Shown piece by piece: positions 38,456-51,120 of a DNA stretch of 64,000 nucleotides. The notes under the pieces were generated by a model that ran no database searches, had not been told where the DNA came from, and saw only the letters and a program-made list of their open reading frames with translations. The position numbers and the translations under genes were made by a program. Positions within the stretch are counted from its first letter, which is position 1. Each line of letters opens with the position of its first letter. This DNA is from Basidiobolus meristosporus CBS 931.73 (Eukaryota > Fungi > Basidiobolomycota): contig MCFE01000114.1 in assembly GCA_002104905.1 (NCBI GenBank), forward strand, positions 62,001 through 126,000, in the 5' to 3' direction.

Positions 38456-38547
38456 AATATACATCTTGCAAACATATGCTTAGTTGCTACCCTTTTGCCA
38501 TGAGTACCTCTGTAATAACTGGAAAGAATTTTGAGTATTTAGCCAAT

Positions 38548-39235
38548 AAAGTTGTTCCATTTGATAGCGCCACATTGATCCATGAGTGCCCAATAGTGCC
38601 TTACTGTGCCCCAAAATGAGACACTTAGCTCTTCATCTTTGTGCAAAGTCACAACTGAGTTTAATTAATTATGCTGTGGGAAACTTATATTTTGACCTTT
38701 TTCTCAGGATCAATGTTGAGGACCTTGTGTAAGAGCACTAAATGTTTGAGGACATTTATTTTCTACTTAATGCCTGTAGCACTGTGGATATAGCTGCAGA
38801 GGTTTCTAATATGTCACAAAAATGCCTAGCACTATCTTGGACCACTGGTATTATCATGTACTATAAGTGCATTGTATGAGTTTTACTTTAGTACTAATAT
38901 TTAAATATAGTGCCACACAGCACCAGTGGACCAAGAGAGTACCATGCATTTTGTGACTTGTTACAAGCCTTGGCAGCTAGATTCAGAGTATCACAAATGC
39001 ATGTTGATACTCCTTCTGCTTCCTTACACTTCATGCACAATACTGATTGCACAAAAAAGGCCAAGAAATGGATTTCTCCAGCACAGTAGGTGAAACATAG
39101 AGGCTCTTTTCAACAAGGATGTAGAGCTAATATCACACTCTGTGGCTATGTATAGGGTAACTTTGCCTCTCTGGCACAATATGGCAATATTTGGCACTCA
39201 TGGTTCAATGTGACACTATCTAACAAAACAGATCT
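38548..39235. mobile_element. Older, diverged fold-back element copy (688 bp)
   Basis: AAAGTTGTTCC...AAAACAGATCT, AAT on both sides, same central spacer (...CTAATATTTAAATATAGTGCC). Confidence 0.82.
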
Positions 39236-39729
39236 AATGAGTTCCTTGTTCCTGCTGGATTCTAGTCACCCTTACAAGTACACTCTGGCTCTTGTTTGTA
39301 GGAATTTCATATTGAATGATGTAAAAACTGGCTTGTGATCACAAGATACCTGGAACACTTTGTAAAGCTAATCTAATAAAATTAGTTACTTGTTATGCCC
39401 AGCCCAACTTGGCATTAACCAATTATTCATGCATTGGGGCTACTTAGCTTCAGAAGGTCACTTGAATATATACATCTCCTGCTCATCCAATCCTTGCATT
39501 TGTATTGTTGCATATGCTTGTGCTTTTTGTTTGGAGGTTCTGAGATGTATCCAATGTGGAAGATACTCTGTATTTTATTGCATACATGCTGTACATTATA
39601 GCTGCACAATATTTGTTGTATGGCAACAATTTTGAGAACTCAAAAGATTACCACAGTGCCTACAGTGAAATTTTGTTAATCAATTAATTTTGAGCTTTAA
39701 TACAGCTAGGGTGCTTCTTCACTGGCATC

Positions 39730-40010
39730 CATCATTTGTCTGAGGGTAGTACTTTGAGATGTGCCTATGGGTGGCATTTAAAAAACAGTCCTTTCCTCCT
39801 ACATTCCTCTCAGGTGGGACTCATTGGCATAATGCCTATTTCCATTGGCTCTGCTTCCAATTATCTGCCTTCATAGTGATTGTGTCCTTTCTGGTAAGTC
39901 AAATTAGGATCCCAGCTTCAAACACAGCTGAGTCATAATCAATGGCAATCTTGATAGCTTCTTCAATAGTCCAAGATCATTAATAATTCACTTCTTTGCA
40001 AGTTCCCTGC
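39730..40010 (-). pseudogene. Ty3/gypsy gag C-terminal fragment
   Basis: TIEEAIKIAIDYD, AEPMEIG and RKGLFFKCH read in shifting minus-strand frames. Confidence 0.5.
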
Positions 40011-40019
40011 CAAAAGACT

Positions 40020-40500
40020 GTGATAATGCCAGCAGCTTGGAATTAATGACCTATTTCACAATATTATGAGAGGATTACAACGGTTTTTTGTTAATTTAAC
40101 TTCCAAATAAAGTTAAAATCTTGACAGGGTTCTAGCAGATTTTTGGTAAGAGTTGCATGGCATTGTGAAAGTCTTGATGCACTCTACATCTATTTGAGCA
40201 GATATCACCAGCCAGTACATCCAATTGCCTTTTATGGCTAGAAACTTAACAGTGTTTCATGGCCTCATTGCAAGCATCTATTTCCTTGATGACAGCAGTA
40301 TGATGGCCTACAGCTAGTTCTGTATAATGCAAACTTACCAACATGCAAGTTGGTGTTTCCTTCTTCTACCTCCCCCTGTGCCATGCATATTTCCACTTTA
40401 GAATCACCCCACTTTATTTGCTTACCAACTACTACTGTTGGTATTCTACTTATTGTTTAAATAAAAAAATACTAAAGCTGCCTGCTTACTAACCCCTACA
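40020..40500 (-). mobile_element. CACTA transposase 3' fragment
   Basis: Diverged match to 11410-11900. Confidence 0.65.
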
Positions 40501-41412
40501 TAAGTGCAAACTTGAACTGATTTTTATGATAGTTTTAACAGCTCCTTACAAGTATTTTGCCTACTCAAGTGCTCACTGGTTGTGTTTCCATAAGCTGATT
40601 GGGGCTCATAACTCATTTGATTGCATCACCATCACCCAATCTAATCTTATTTAATACTACAAGTCATAGTTTAAGAGTTGTGGAGGAATAGGGAGTTTAG
40701 CTAGTATAGTATTCACTAAAACTTGAACTGCTTTTTACTGAGATTCCAGCAGATCCTTATACACATTTGGCCAGATCAATTGCTGTGTAGTTGTATTTCC
40801 TAATATAGATTGTGGCTGACGACTCATTTGATTGCATCATCATTGCCCAATAAGATCCTATTCAATATATCTATTCCTGTCTGACAGGGATTTGCTGATT
40901 CATTTGCTGCCTAATGCTACTAATTTGATAGATAACACTGATATGCTGATAGGCTAAACATATAACTAATTGATTTGACTAAAAACTGATCTAACTTAAA
41001 CAATCTAGCCTGATAAAGATCTACTGATATATATGATGATTTATCTGCTAACTAACACTATTGGTCTGATAGAAACATTGATGTAATGATGAGTTAAGAA
41101 CAGAACTACATGATTTGCCTAAAGTGATCAAACCAAAGCATTTAAGTGGCAGATCATAGCGCTTTCATCAGGAGGCGTAAATCTAGTTATTGCTGCTTAT
41201 AAAGTTACAAGAATTGATATGATCATTGCAGAGGAATAGGGTGGTTTGCTTGTATGGTGTTAGCTAAAACCTGGGCAAGTTTTTATTGAGGTTCCAACAA
41301 CTCTTTGAAAACATTCTGCCAGATCAGGCTCTGACCAGCTGTATTTACCGTATATGTTGTGGTTGGTGAATCAATGAATTACATTGTCATCACCCAATTA
41401 GATCTTACCTAA
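40500..41412. repeat. Three degenerate copies of a ~150-210-bp unit
   Basis: AAACTTGAACTG at 40508 and 40719; ACTCATTTGATTGCATCA at 40611 and 40822 (period 211); third copy at ~41200-41412. Confidence 0.6.
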
Positions 41413-41448
41413 TGGCTTGAGCAGTCCCTAAAGTATCTTATACCAAGA

Positions 41449-42390
41449 TTGGCACATACCCAGAGGCAATTGAGCCTGAGACAATACCACCCACCCAGCA
41501 AATTCCACCCAATTGGTAATGTGAGCCATTTAATAAACAAATACAAATGTAACTACCCAGTTACCAAGATAAAGTGTCTGGCAGTTGTATATTTAATTCA
41601 ACAGCTCCATATAAACATACATGGTCCCAATTCACAGTAGTAACAGACCACAGTGTACTGGTCTGGCTAAAGAAAACTAAAGACATCACCAGCTGACTAG
41701 CAGATAGGGCCCCCTGACTACAGGAATACAACTTCAAAATAATTCAGTGCACTGTAGTGGGGTCACAGTGACACCAACTGGCAGATGTGCTCATTCCTAT
41801 ATTTTCTACTTCCCTATTTCTCTACTATCAATGTTTTAGTTTTATCCCATTTGTCTTACCTGAACAGTACTATCCCATAAGCCAGTTGACTATCACACCT
41901 GCTTACCTTATTGCATAAGTTATCCCCCACATTAAGTAAGATTACTAGCAGTAGGTGCTTCTATATTAGGCAAGTACCCGCACCAGTACCCATGACACAT
42001 GATCAGCCTGTGTCACCATCCCTACCACTTACATACCATATATGGTATCCCTATGTTACACAGGTTTCAAAGTACTGATTCCTGATTAGTTGGATGTGCT
42101 GTGCCTCTTAGAACCTTCCTGCACATACTTTTGTTAAGATGCCAACCAAGTTGGGGATTGTTGCTCAATAGTTTCCCTTGACAAGCTTGTGGCTTTATTC
42201 CCTATTGCGTTAGATTAGAGACAGAATTCAAGTATTCCTAGCAAGCTTTTGCCAGATGTTATTGCACCCAGTGAACACCCAACACACAAAACACTTGAGA
42301 AGTGTTGGATGTATCTCTCCTTTGGACTTATACACCACCATAGCACTGGCAAGAAACACCCAGATGCAGACTCCCTCAGGCACTATTCTG
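41449..42390 (+). pseudogene. Ty3/gypsy RNase H relic split by a solo LTR
   Basis: NYPVTKIKCLAVV..FTVVTDHSVL..LQEYNFKIIQ, resuming after the LTR as TGKKHPDADSL. Confidence 0.75.
41753..42342 (+). repeat. Solo LTR, family D, internally deleted (590 bp)
   Basis: TGTAGTGGGG...CACCACCATA, 4-bp TSD GCAC; lacks roughly 0.5 kb present in 24605-25671. Confidence 0.82.
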
Positions 42391-42465
42391 CTTGCCAAAT
42401 ATGCATGAGTAATGTTTACAAGAGCTTTATCTGCTTTAAAATGAGGGGGAAGTATCCCAAATACC

Positions 42466-45400
42466 CCCTACAAAAAATAATTTGGTGCTGCAGGTGGATC
42501 CAATCCAGATCACCCATTGTGATCCCATTAAGAGACCATCATAATACCAGCAGCTTGGAACTAGTGACCCTCCTAACAATCTCAATACGGGATTACAAAG
42601 GCATTTTGTTAATTTTACTACCAAATAAAGTGATAAAACTTGACAAGATTTAAATTGGTGCTGTGACAATAATTGCATGGTATTGTTGCGTTCTTATTGT
42701 GCTCTACCACTATCCTAAATGGATCCAACTGGCCAGGACATCAAATTACCTTTTATAGCAAGAAACTTGATGGTATTTCAACAGCCATATGACAAGACCT
42801 AAATGGCAATATATTGGCAGTATGGCAGCCTACAAATGGTTCTATATAATGATACAGTACCAATTTACCAAATGGTATTTCCTTTTTCTACCTCCCCTTG
42901 TGCAATTAATATATTCCACTGTAGAATCACCCCTCTTTATTTGTTCACCCACTACTAACTTGGGTATTCCACACATAGCTTGAATAAAAAAAAGCTATGG
43001 CCTCCTGCTTACCAAATGCTACAAACACACACATCTGCCGCAATTAAAATACTTCTATCACCTCACTTTACAGCTTTTCAGTGTGATACTAGCAAAGCTG
43101 CCATATACCTTGTACTGCTAGTAACATAAACATCTTGCAAACATATGTGTGGTTGTTGACACTTCCACCGTGATTACCTCCTGAATATCCGCAAAGAACT
43201 TCTTGGTATTTAGTCAATATATTCCTTCTCCCTGCTGGATTCTAGTCCCCCTTCAAGGTGTGCTCTGGCTCTTGTTTGTGTGAATTCAGTATTGAGTGGT
43301 GTAGAAGTTGGCTTGTGACCAAGACAAATCTGGCATGCCTAGGTAGAGTTTTCCTAACAAAGATTAGTTGCTTGTTGCGTACAACCCAACTTTGTATTAC
43401 TTAACTGATTACCCACACATTGGGGCTGCTTGGCTTCTTAATGCCATGAGCATAGGTGTCTCCATGTGCACATTTTTCCCCAGCATTTTGCAACTCTTCC
43501 TGGCTGTCCTCCATGAGCCAACTCAACACATCCATGACAGACTTGAAGGTAACATTCTTCAAGAGATTGGGATATGGTTGTACCTGCAACTTGACTGTTC
43601 TTCCTATCTCCCCACACATCTGCTCCATAGGAAACTCCCAAAAGGAAAAGCAAGGCCCAAAATTTTCCACACACTGTGCAAGATGGAGTAGAGAATGGAT
43701 ACAGTAGTGGCAGAGATCTACACTTTCAGCTTTATGCTTGTAGTATAGTTATTCAAATCCTGTCACAAACTCCTTGCGCAACAGCTGTAGATGCATCAAG
43801 ATGGCAATGGTGATGTGCTTCTGGATAAATATTCCTACAATGTGCACATATGACCCCTAATGCTTCCAATGTACACTTGGTAGGAATGGCTTCAGAATGC
43901 CACTTGAATAAATACATATCCACTTCATCCAGTCTTTGCATATGTACTGTTGCATATGAGTATGAATATTGATTGGAGCCTGTGAGAAGTACATAGGGAA
44001 GAGGATACTCTGTTATATCTTGCCAATTCTCTCAAATTTCTACGGTTTCTTAGAGGGCTTTTTTAGCTTGAAATGCCCCATGTACAACTTGGTCATCAGT
44101 ATAGGGATATTGTTAAAAAGCAAATGCATTGCTCCTGGTAGAAAGTTTTAGCTCCAAAATACACCCTCTATCTGAAGTATCTCCGGTTTCTAATTGATTC
44201 CATATTCTGGCTAATGGCCAATATCTCCCAACTTTGCTGCAATTGCATGCTGACTTTTGTACATTCTCTGTGTGGGAAGATGATGTTCTTTGTGCTGGTG
44301 TCTGGGTAATAATATCATGTGTGAGTTATGAAGTAAATCCCTTGGATCTCACACATCCAGCAGCAATACCATCTATTGTGCTCAAAAAAACCTGTTATTT
44401 TACTGATGGCTGGGATATCTCCAATGCAGATAATGATATGCGCTTTTACATGACTGCTATTTAGTATTATCATGCTGGAAAGCATACAAAACTCATCTAG
44501 CAATAGATACGGGTAGCTATCCAGGTTAGACAGTAATTTAGGCCCAGATACCAGTGAGACTACCATCAGAATATTGCTCCAGTACTGCAAGATGGGCGGC
44601 AGACTCAGATCAATGAAAATCAGTGGCCAGCAGGATTTGCTGGTAAAGTACTTGTTTAATATGAATTGCTCAAGTGCTAAGGCAATGGCATGGTCATACA
44701 TACCTTCAAAGCAGCACTTGCTTCTTAGCTGTTTGTAATGTTTGCCATCAAGTATATTGGATATGTTTGCACCAAGTGCAGTACTGTATAGCTTTGCAAT
44801 ATTTGTCGGACTGTATTAGATTCCTCAGACAGGGTGTTACTGGAATATATATGGAGTGTGAACAATGTTTTCCCTCAATGGTGGTGGATTCCTGACAATT
44901 TGCACATGTTGCAATGGTAGCATTTTTGGATGTGAATGCCATGCAACTATTAGCACATGCTGAAATCAGCAGAATCTCTGGATCACATGTTGCCAGCCAC
45001 ATGATGGTTGTCCGCTTGCATAATGTACATAGTAAGTTGCATCCCGGAATGATTTTGGCAAGAAGTTGTAGTAAATCCCCAAAGCCCCCATTACTAGTAT
45101 TAGTGGAAATGTGCCACTCCTCTGCCACAAAGTTACATCATTCATCAGTAAATGGATTACTGGGCTCACTTGGCTCTATAAAGTATCCTTGGCATTTGTA
45201 CTAACAAGTATTGTCTCTTGCATATTGAGATTTGACCAGGCTCATATGTGGTTCTGTTGTTAGGGGAGATAGGCTTACAATCCATCAACAAGCCTTCTTT
45301 GTCAGAGCTATCACTCTGCATGCCATATTTGGAAGGCTGAGGTGAGCCTAAAGGCATCACAAGCTCACCTGACTCAGTATGTGCCAAGTGACAAAGACAG

Positions 45401-45600
45401 CCAGGTGCCAATATAGATGTATCAACTGGCCAGCAAGATAATGTTGGTACAGTAGTGACCAATGAATGGTCAAATATGACTTCTGTGGCAAAACACTAGC
45501 AATATTCCTTGTAAAACTTTCTATGCTGTCTGCATGCTTCATGGCTGAGAGGCTTGCAACAATAGCCACATGGTCTTTTTTCTCTTCAACAATGTCACAA
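42466..45600 (-). mobile_element. CACTA copy with TIR and near-complete transposase relic; ORF2 half missing
   Basis: CCCTACAAAAAATAATTTGG at 42466; ORF fragments 43401-45605 colinear with 12100-14500. Confidence 0.85.
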
Positions 45601-45639
45601 TACATTACAAAGATGCACCACCTGAAAAAGATTTATTCA

Positions 45640-47281
45640 GTGTCTGAAGATAGGGACAACTGCACCAACACCATTTTACCTACCCTTCCACCAAGTAAGG
45701 ATCAGCTTTGTTGGCACCTTTATGAAAGCAAAGAAAGCAGGATGATACATAATAGACTTGTTCTGTTGGAAAGTGCCACACTGAGCCATGAGTGCCAAAT
45801 GATGCCATAGTGTGCCAGAGAGGCCAAGTGAACCTCTACCCGGCCACAGAGTGTGAAACATAGCTCCGCATCTTCATGCAAAGCAGCCCCTGTGTTTCAC
45901 CCATTGTGTTGGAGAAAATCCATTTTTTGACCTTTTTTTTTTGGATCAATGTTGTGCAGGATGTGTTAGAGCACAAGCAGATTGAAGATATGCATCTGGT
46001 ACTCAATACCCATGGCACTGTGAATCTAGCTCCTGTAGCTTGTATCATGTTACAAAAATGAATGGCACTATCTTGGTCCACTGGTACTATCTGGCACCAT
46101 AAGTGCTTTGTATAGATCTTACTTTAGGGCTAATATTTAAATATAGTGCCAGATAGTACCAGTGGACCAAGATAGTGCCATTCATTTTTGTAACATGATA
46201 CAAGCTACAGGAGCTAGATTCAGAGTGCCATGGGTATTGAGTACCAGATGCATGTCTTCAACTCTCCTGTGCTCTTACACATCCTGAGCTACATTAATCC
46301 ACAAAAAAAGGTCAAACAATGGATTTTCTCCTGCGCAATGGGTGAAACACAGGGGCTGCTTGACATGAAGATGCAGAGCTATGTTTCACACTCTGTGGCC
46401 AAGTATAGGCCCCCTTGACCTCTCTGGTACACTATGGCATCATTTGGTACTCATGGCTCAATGTGGCACTATCCAATGGAACAAGTCTAATAATTGCTAC
46501 CAATTTTTTCTCAAAGGGGGCAGAAGCCCAAGCCATCTTGAATAAATATCAGGAGACAACTGCCCAATGCATCTTAGAACACTCCATCTGTTGACACATA
46601 TTTCCTCAGATACTCCTGTCTAACAATGGTGGTTCCTTCCTGAACAACACTGCAACCCACCTGTGCAAAGTGATGGGCATGAAACTGGTCTTCACAGCAG
46701 TGTATCACCTGCAGGCTAACAGATTATCTGAGAGGAGGAACAAGACATGTTGCAGTATACTAGAGAAGCTTCACTGGGAACTTCCCCAGTCATGGGCCAA
46801 GCTGCTCCCACTGACACCCTGGAATGTGTTCCATACCAAATAATACAGCAGGTCTCTCTCTTTATAAGATCCTATATGGACAAAGACCCAAGTGGTATGA
46901 AGAAGCTAGACTGAAAATGGAAGCTGTTGCCCTGACAAAACATAATGACTACATAGAAAGGTTGATAGACTATATAGCCCACCAATACACAATGTGCTCA
47001 AAAATGCTGACAAACACCCTCCCCCTCCACCTAAAAATAAGAAACTAACAAGACATATGTGGAAACTAGACAAAACAGTGTGGTATGACCAAACTGCTGA
47101 AGGCCTAAAGTTTTGCCCACAACTTGTACCCAGATGGACTGGCCCTTGCACCATTATTAGTTTGGACCATAGACCAAGGCACACCATCACCCTGGACAGT
47201 ACAACAATCAGCAATATAGTGCCAGCCCATCTGAAACTGTTTCAAGATAATCCACCAATCATCACCAAGACTGAAGTGTAA
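45640..47281 (+). pseudogene. Ty3/gypsy integrase relic (second gypsy family), split by a fold-back element
   Basis: IIIATNFFSK..LSNNGGSF..YHLQANRLSERRNKT and PRWTGPCTII (GPY/F-like); stop at 47279-47281. Confidence 0.75.
45754..46488. mobile_element. Uninterrupted fold-back element (735 bp: arms 45754-46097 and 46146-46488, 48-bp spacer)
   Basis: AGACTTGTTC...GGAACAAGTCT; ~344-bp inverted arms; AAT on both sides. Confidence 0.95.
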
Positions 47282-47416
47282 TTAAACAATTATCAGGACA
47301 AGGTTAGAGGAAGACACTAGATACACACTGAATTAATAAGAGGGGATTTTAGTTGATATAGGTACAAGCAATATGCACATGGTAGTTTGCCCAAAAGGGA
47401 GATCAAAAGAATAGAT

Positions 47417-47932
47417 ATGGAAAGTGCTGAAGGAAACAGCCCACCCAAAGCTGGTGATACTCCTCCCACCAGCAAGAATCAAGACCATATCAGAAGTAAG
47501 ACCAACCTGCATGCATTGAGAGATATGATATGAGCTTTTCATGTTTCAAGAACCACCTATGAAGAGATGTTTACCAGAGCAGTCATATTGTTACAAGACA
47601 AAACCAGAGAGGGACAAGATAAGTTACCTATGCCAATATGAAGTACAAAGATACAACCCAAGAAGACAGTACACCACCTGAGAGGAGGTCCCTTGATCAT
47701 TAAGGACAATGATGCTGCACTAACTCCTGTGTCCATACTGCATATAGTCCATCGTAAGATGCAAGGAATCAATTGTCATGTGCTCACAAGGCCTCAAGAA
47801 CCCCCCTGTTTGGTTGTATACTTGCCATTTATAGGTACTGTGATTATTGAGGTATATGCAGACCTGGTACAAGCCACAAGGGTACTGGAGGTAGAGCTCC
47901 TGTTTGCAGGACTCCTCAAAAAAGTCTGCTAA
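47417..47932 (+). pseudogene. Unassigned 171-codon ORF relic downstream of the gypsy integrase
   Basis: Single frame from ATG 47417 to TAA 47932 with only two internal stops, both TGA (47531, 47639), compatible with CGA>TGA. Confidence 0.5.
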
Positions 47933-50900
47933 CATCTCCAATTGCATCTCCAAAAAGAACCATTCTAGAGATGATAAGCAAACAGATTAAATACACCAGC
48001 CAGTTGCCCTATGTTATCCACTGAGTTGCTGTGTTGCAACTGTTACAGTGGTTCACCATAAGACAGCTCAGGAGTCAGTACAAAGTCCAACTCCAAGAAA
48101 CCAAAGAAACCGCTGCAAACTCTGTAGAAACCATAGAGCAGTGCAAAAACACCTTGATTGTGCCACAGTCTCTATGGAAGAACTACAATACATCTCAGAA
48201 GAAGCAAAAGCTTGTTATTAATAACAGATACTGCTAACAAAGTGTACACCCTCTTCAAAAGAGCCCCCGCCATCATGCTAAATAAGACAAGGACAAGCCC
48301 CAAAGATGTTTGCAAGATAAGAAAGCAAGACTTTATTGCATTACTGCATCTCTTTGTGTTCTCTAATCCCCTCCCCAAGGAGCTCACCCACAACCCTATG
48401 GTTTGCCATTTGGCTTTGTGGAATGCATCCCTTGTGCAATCAAAGCTGTGCCACCACTCTGCTGCCAAATTGTATCAGGTACATGCCTCCAATATCTTTG
48501 CAAGTAACAACCAACAATGTTACTATGGTGACTCACTTTGCTCAATAAGCAATATCAACCCTGGAGATGCTGTAAGAGTCTTGGAGATATAGGATGCAAT
48601 TTTGGAGGACAAGTAGATTATGTGGTCTTCACTTAATGATTTATGAAATTGCTCCTTTACAGTAAAGAAAAGTGTATCCTGTGGTGGATCTTCTGTCTTC
48701 TAAATTTTGTCCCAATCAGCATCAGAGTATCCCATAATATTTTTTTTGAATCCTTATAGGTGTACCTTACATAGAAATCAGCAGTTCCTTTTGGGTGTCT
48801 AAAAATCTACTTAACTGCTGACTTATGATCATCTCCATAGTTCTGATTAAGCTGGCCAACAACTCCCACTGAATATGAGATATCTGGATATGTTCCAAGC
48901 ATGATATACATCAGACTGCCTACCATAAATTGTTAAGGAAGGTCAGGCCTCTCAGATGGCACCAAGCTCTCTTGATATGGTTGAGTTTTGACCAAGTTAA
49001 GGTTTGTTTTCATTGGGGTAGCTGCTTGCTTACAGTCTTCCATTTGGTACTTCTTCAGTATATCTTGAATATACTTGGATTGGCTTAGGGTAATAGTCTG
49101 GGTACTTTTGTCTATGGAGAGCTTAATCCCTAAGTGGTAACTAAGTTCTCCTAGATTGGACATCTTGGACTTTTTAGATAGGCTGGATTTAGTCTCTTCT
49201 AATGTTGCTAGGTGATTGGTGGCTATAATAAGATCATCCACATATAATGTTAGTAGAGCTGGACTTGCTCAATCTGGCTTAAAGTATATACTAAAGTCAG
49301 CATTGCTCCTCTTGAAACTCAAAGATTCAAAATAAGAATCTATCTTGCAATTCCAGGCTCTTGGTCAATGTTTGAGGCAATATAGAGGTTTTTTAAGCTT
49401 GCAGACCTAATGGGGATTATCTTGGTCAACAAAACCATCAGGCTTGTCTATATATAAGTCCTCATCAAGTTCTCTATTCAAAAATGCAGTTTTTACATCA
49501 ATGTGATAAATAAAAAAACCTATATTTGGCTGCAATAGCCAATGTCAATCTGATGCAACTAAACTTGGCTAATGGTGCAAAGGTCTCAGTATAGTCAAGT
49601 CCTTTTGTTTGAGAGTATTCTCTGGTGACAAGTCTTACTTTGTATTTTTCAAGTGTACTGTCAGCCTTATATGTTGTCTTAAAGACCCATCTGCATCCAA
49701 TTGATATTTGGTTGATTGGTAATTGACTAAGTCCCAAGTTTGATTTTGCATCAGAGCCTGATATTCCTCAGTCATTGCAGATCTCCAGAACCTTGTCTGA
49801 GTGCTATTTAGGGCCTCTTTTACAGTCTGGGGCTCATCAATATGGACTGAATAGGCATAGGCTAAGTTTGTACCCGCATTGATGTAGTAGTGTAGGCTAT
49901 TTCTTGCCCAGTTGGATCTCCAGGCATTTGATACTGATATGATCACTTCTGGGATATTCCTGGGTGCTGATTCAGAATGAACCACGGTTGTAAAGTCCCC
50001 TGGAGCAAAAAATGTTTCATTGTTTTACTCTGATTCAGTTGTGACAATTAGTGGACCTGAGATCAAATTTTTATATCATCTGATGCCATTCTTTGTGGAA
50101 GTTTTGAGTTTTCATCGAACAACACATCCTGGACCTGATTAGCTTCTTTGCTTTGGTATTGTATAGTCTGCATGTTTTACTCTTATTGCAGTAGCCCAAA
50201 AATATGCATTTAACACTTTTTGGCTCAAATTTTGACTTATTTCCAGGCAGTTTCTTAGCATATGCTATGCACCCAAATACTCTTAAATGTTCTGTACTTT
50301 GTCTGTATCCATAACATGCTTCAAATGGAGTAGAATTAAATATCATTCTGTTATAACTCTTATTTTTGAGATATACAGCTGTGGAAACTGATTCCACCCA
50401 AAAACCATAGGATAATTTTGATCATAGATCATAAGTCTTGCCATGCCAATGATTGATTTGTTTGCACATTCTACTACTCCATTTTGCTGAGGGGAGTATG
50501 GTACAGTGGTCTCTTGCTTTATCCCATGAATCTTGCAGTAGTGGATGAAGAGCTTTGAGGTATATTCTCTACCTTTATCAGAGCATATTTTCCTGAATTT
50601 TTTCACCAGTTTCACTCTCCACCATGGCTTTAAGCTCCATGAGCCTAGACAGAGCTTCTTTTTTTCTCTCCATGAAGTAGACCCACATTTAATTTGTATA
50701 ATCATCAATAATAGTAATCAAATACTTCCTCCTGCCTAAGGATAGATTTTGCATAGGTCCCTAGTACTGAGTGAATCAGATCTAATTTTTTCTTAGTTTT
50801 GATCAACCCAGAGCTCTTGAACAGTTGTCTGGCTTGCTTCCCATATATGCAAGCTTCACAGTGCTCCTAATTAGCAGGGGGAGCAATTTTTACTCCGGGA

Positions 50901-51120
50901 ATTTGCTGATCTTTGATCATTTACACAAATAATCAAAACTGATATGCCCAAATCTTGTGAGCCAAAGCATTGGTGCTTCTTCATTTAGGTTACTTATATT
51001 GGCTTCCAGATATGATGGAATATAAGCCAACTTTTATAAATTCTGATCTCTGATACCCAAAGCTATATAGGCACCATTTTGATCAGTGATCCTGTATCTA
51101 GAATTGTCAAAGCTGAAGCT

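Larger units (their letters stand above)
37009..39660 (-). mobile_element. CACTA fragment (transposase C-terminal side) carrying fold-back inserts
   Basis: Degenerate TIR TCCAATGAAAAATAAC at ~37009; colinear with 11340-12900; right boundary approximate. Confidence 0.75.

Noticed and set aside
42441-42470. Short G/C-run inverted motif (GGGGGAAGTAT...ATACCCCC) as a terminator or separate element
   Set aside because: Its C-run is partly the CCC start of the CACTA TIR at 42466, and it is too short to support a separate call.
28025-46488. Long palindromes as CRISPR arrays, replication origins or hairpin telomeres
   Set aside because: No repeat-spacer periodicity or cas genes; each copy is bounded by TIR ends and an AAT duplication inside other TEs.
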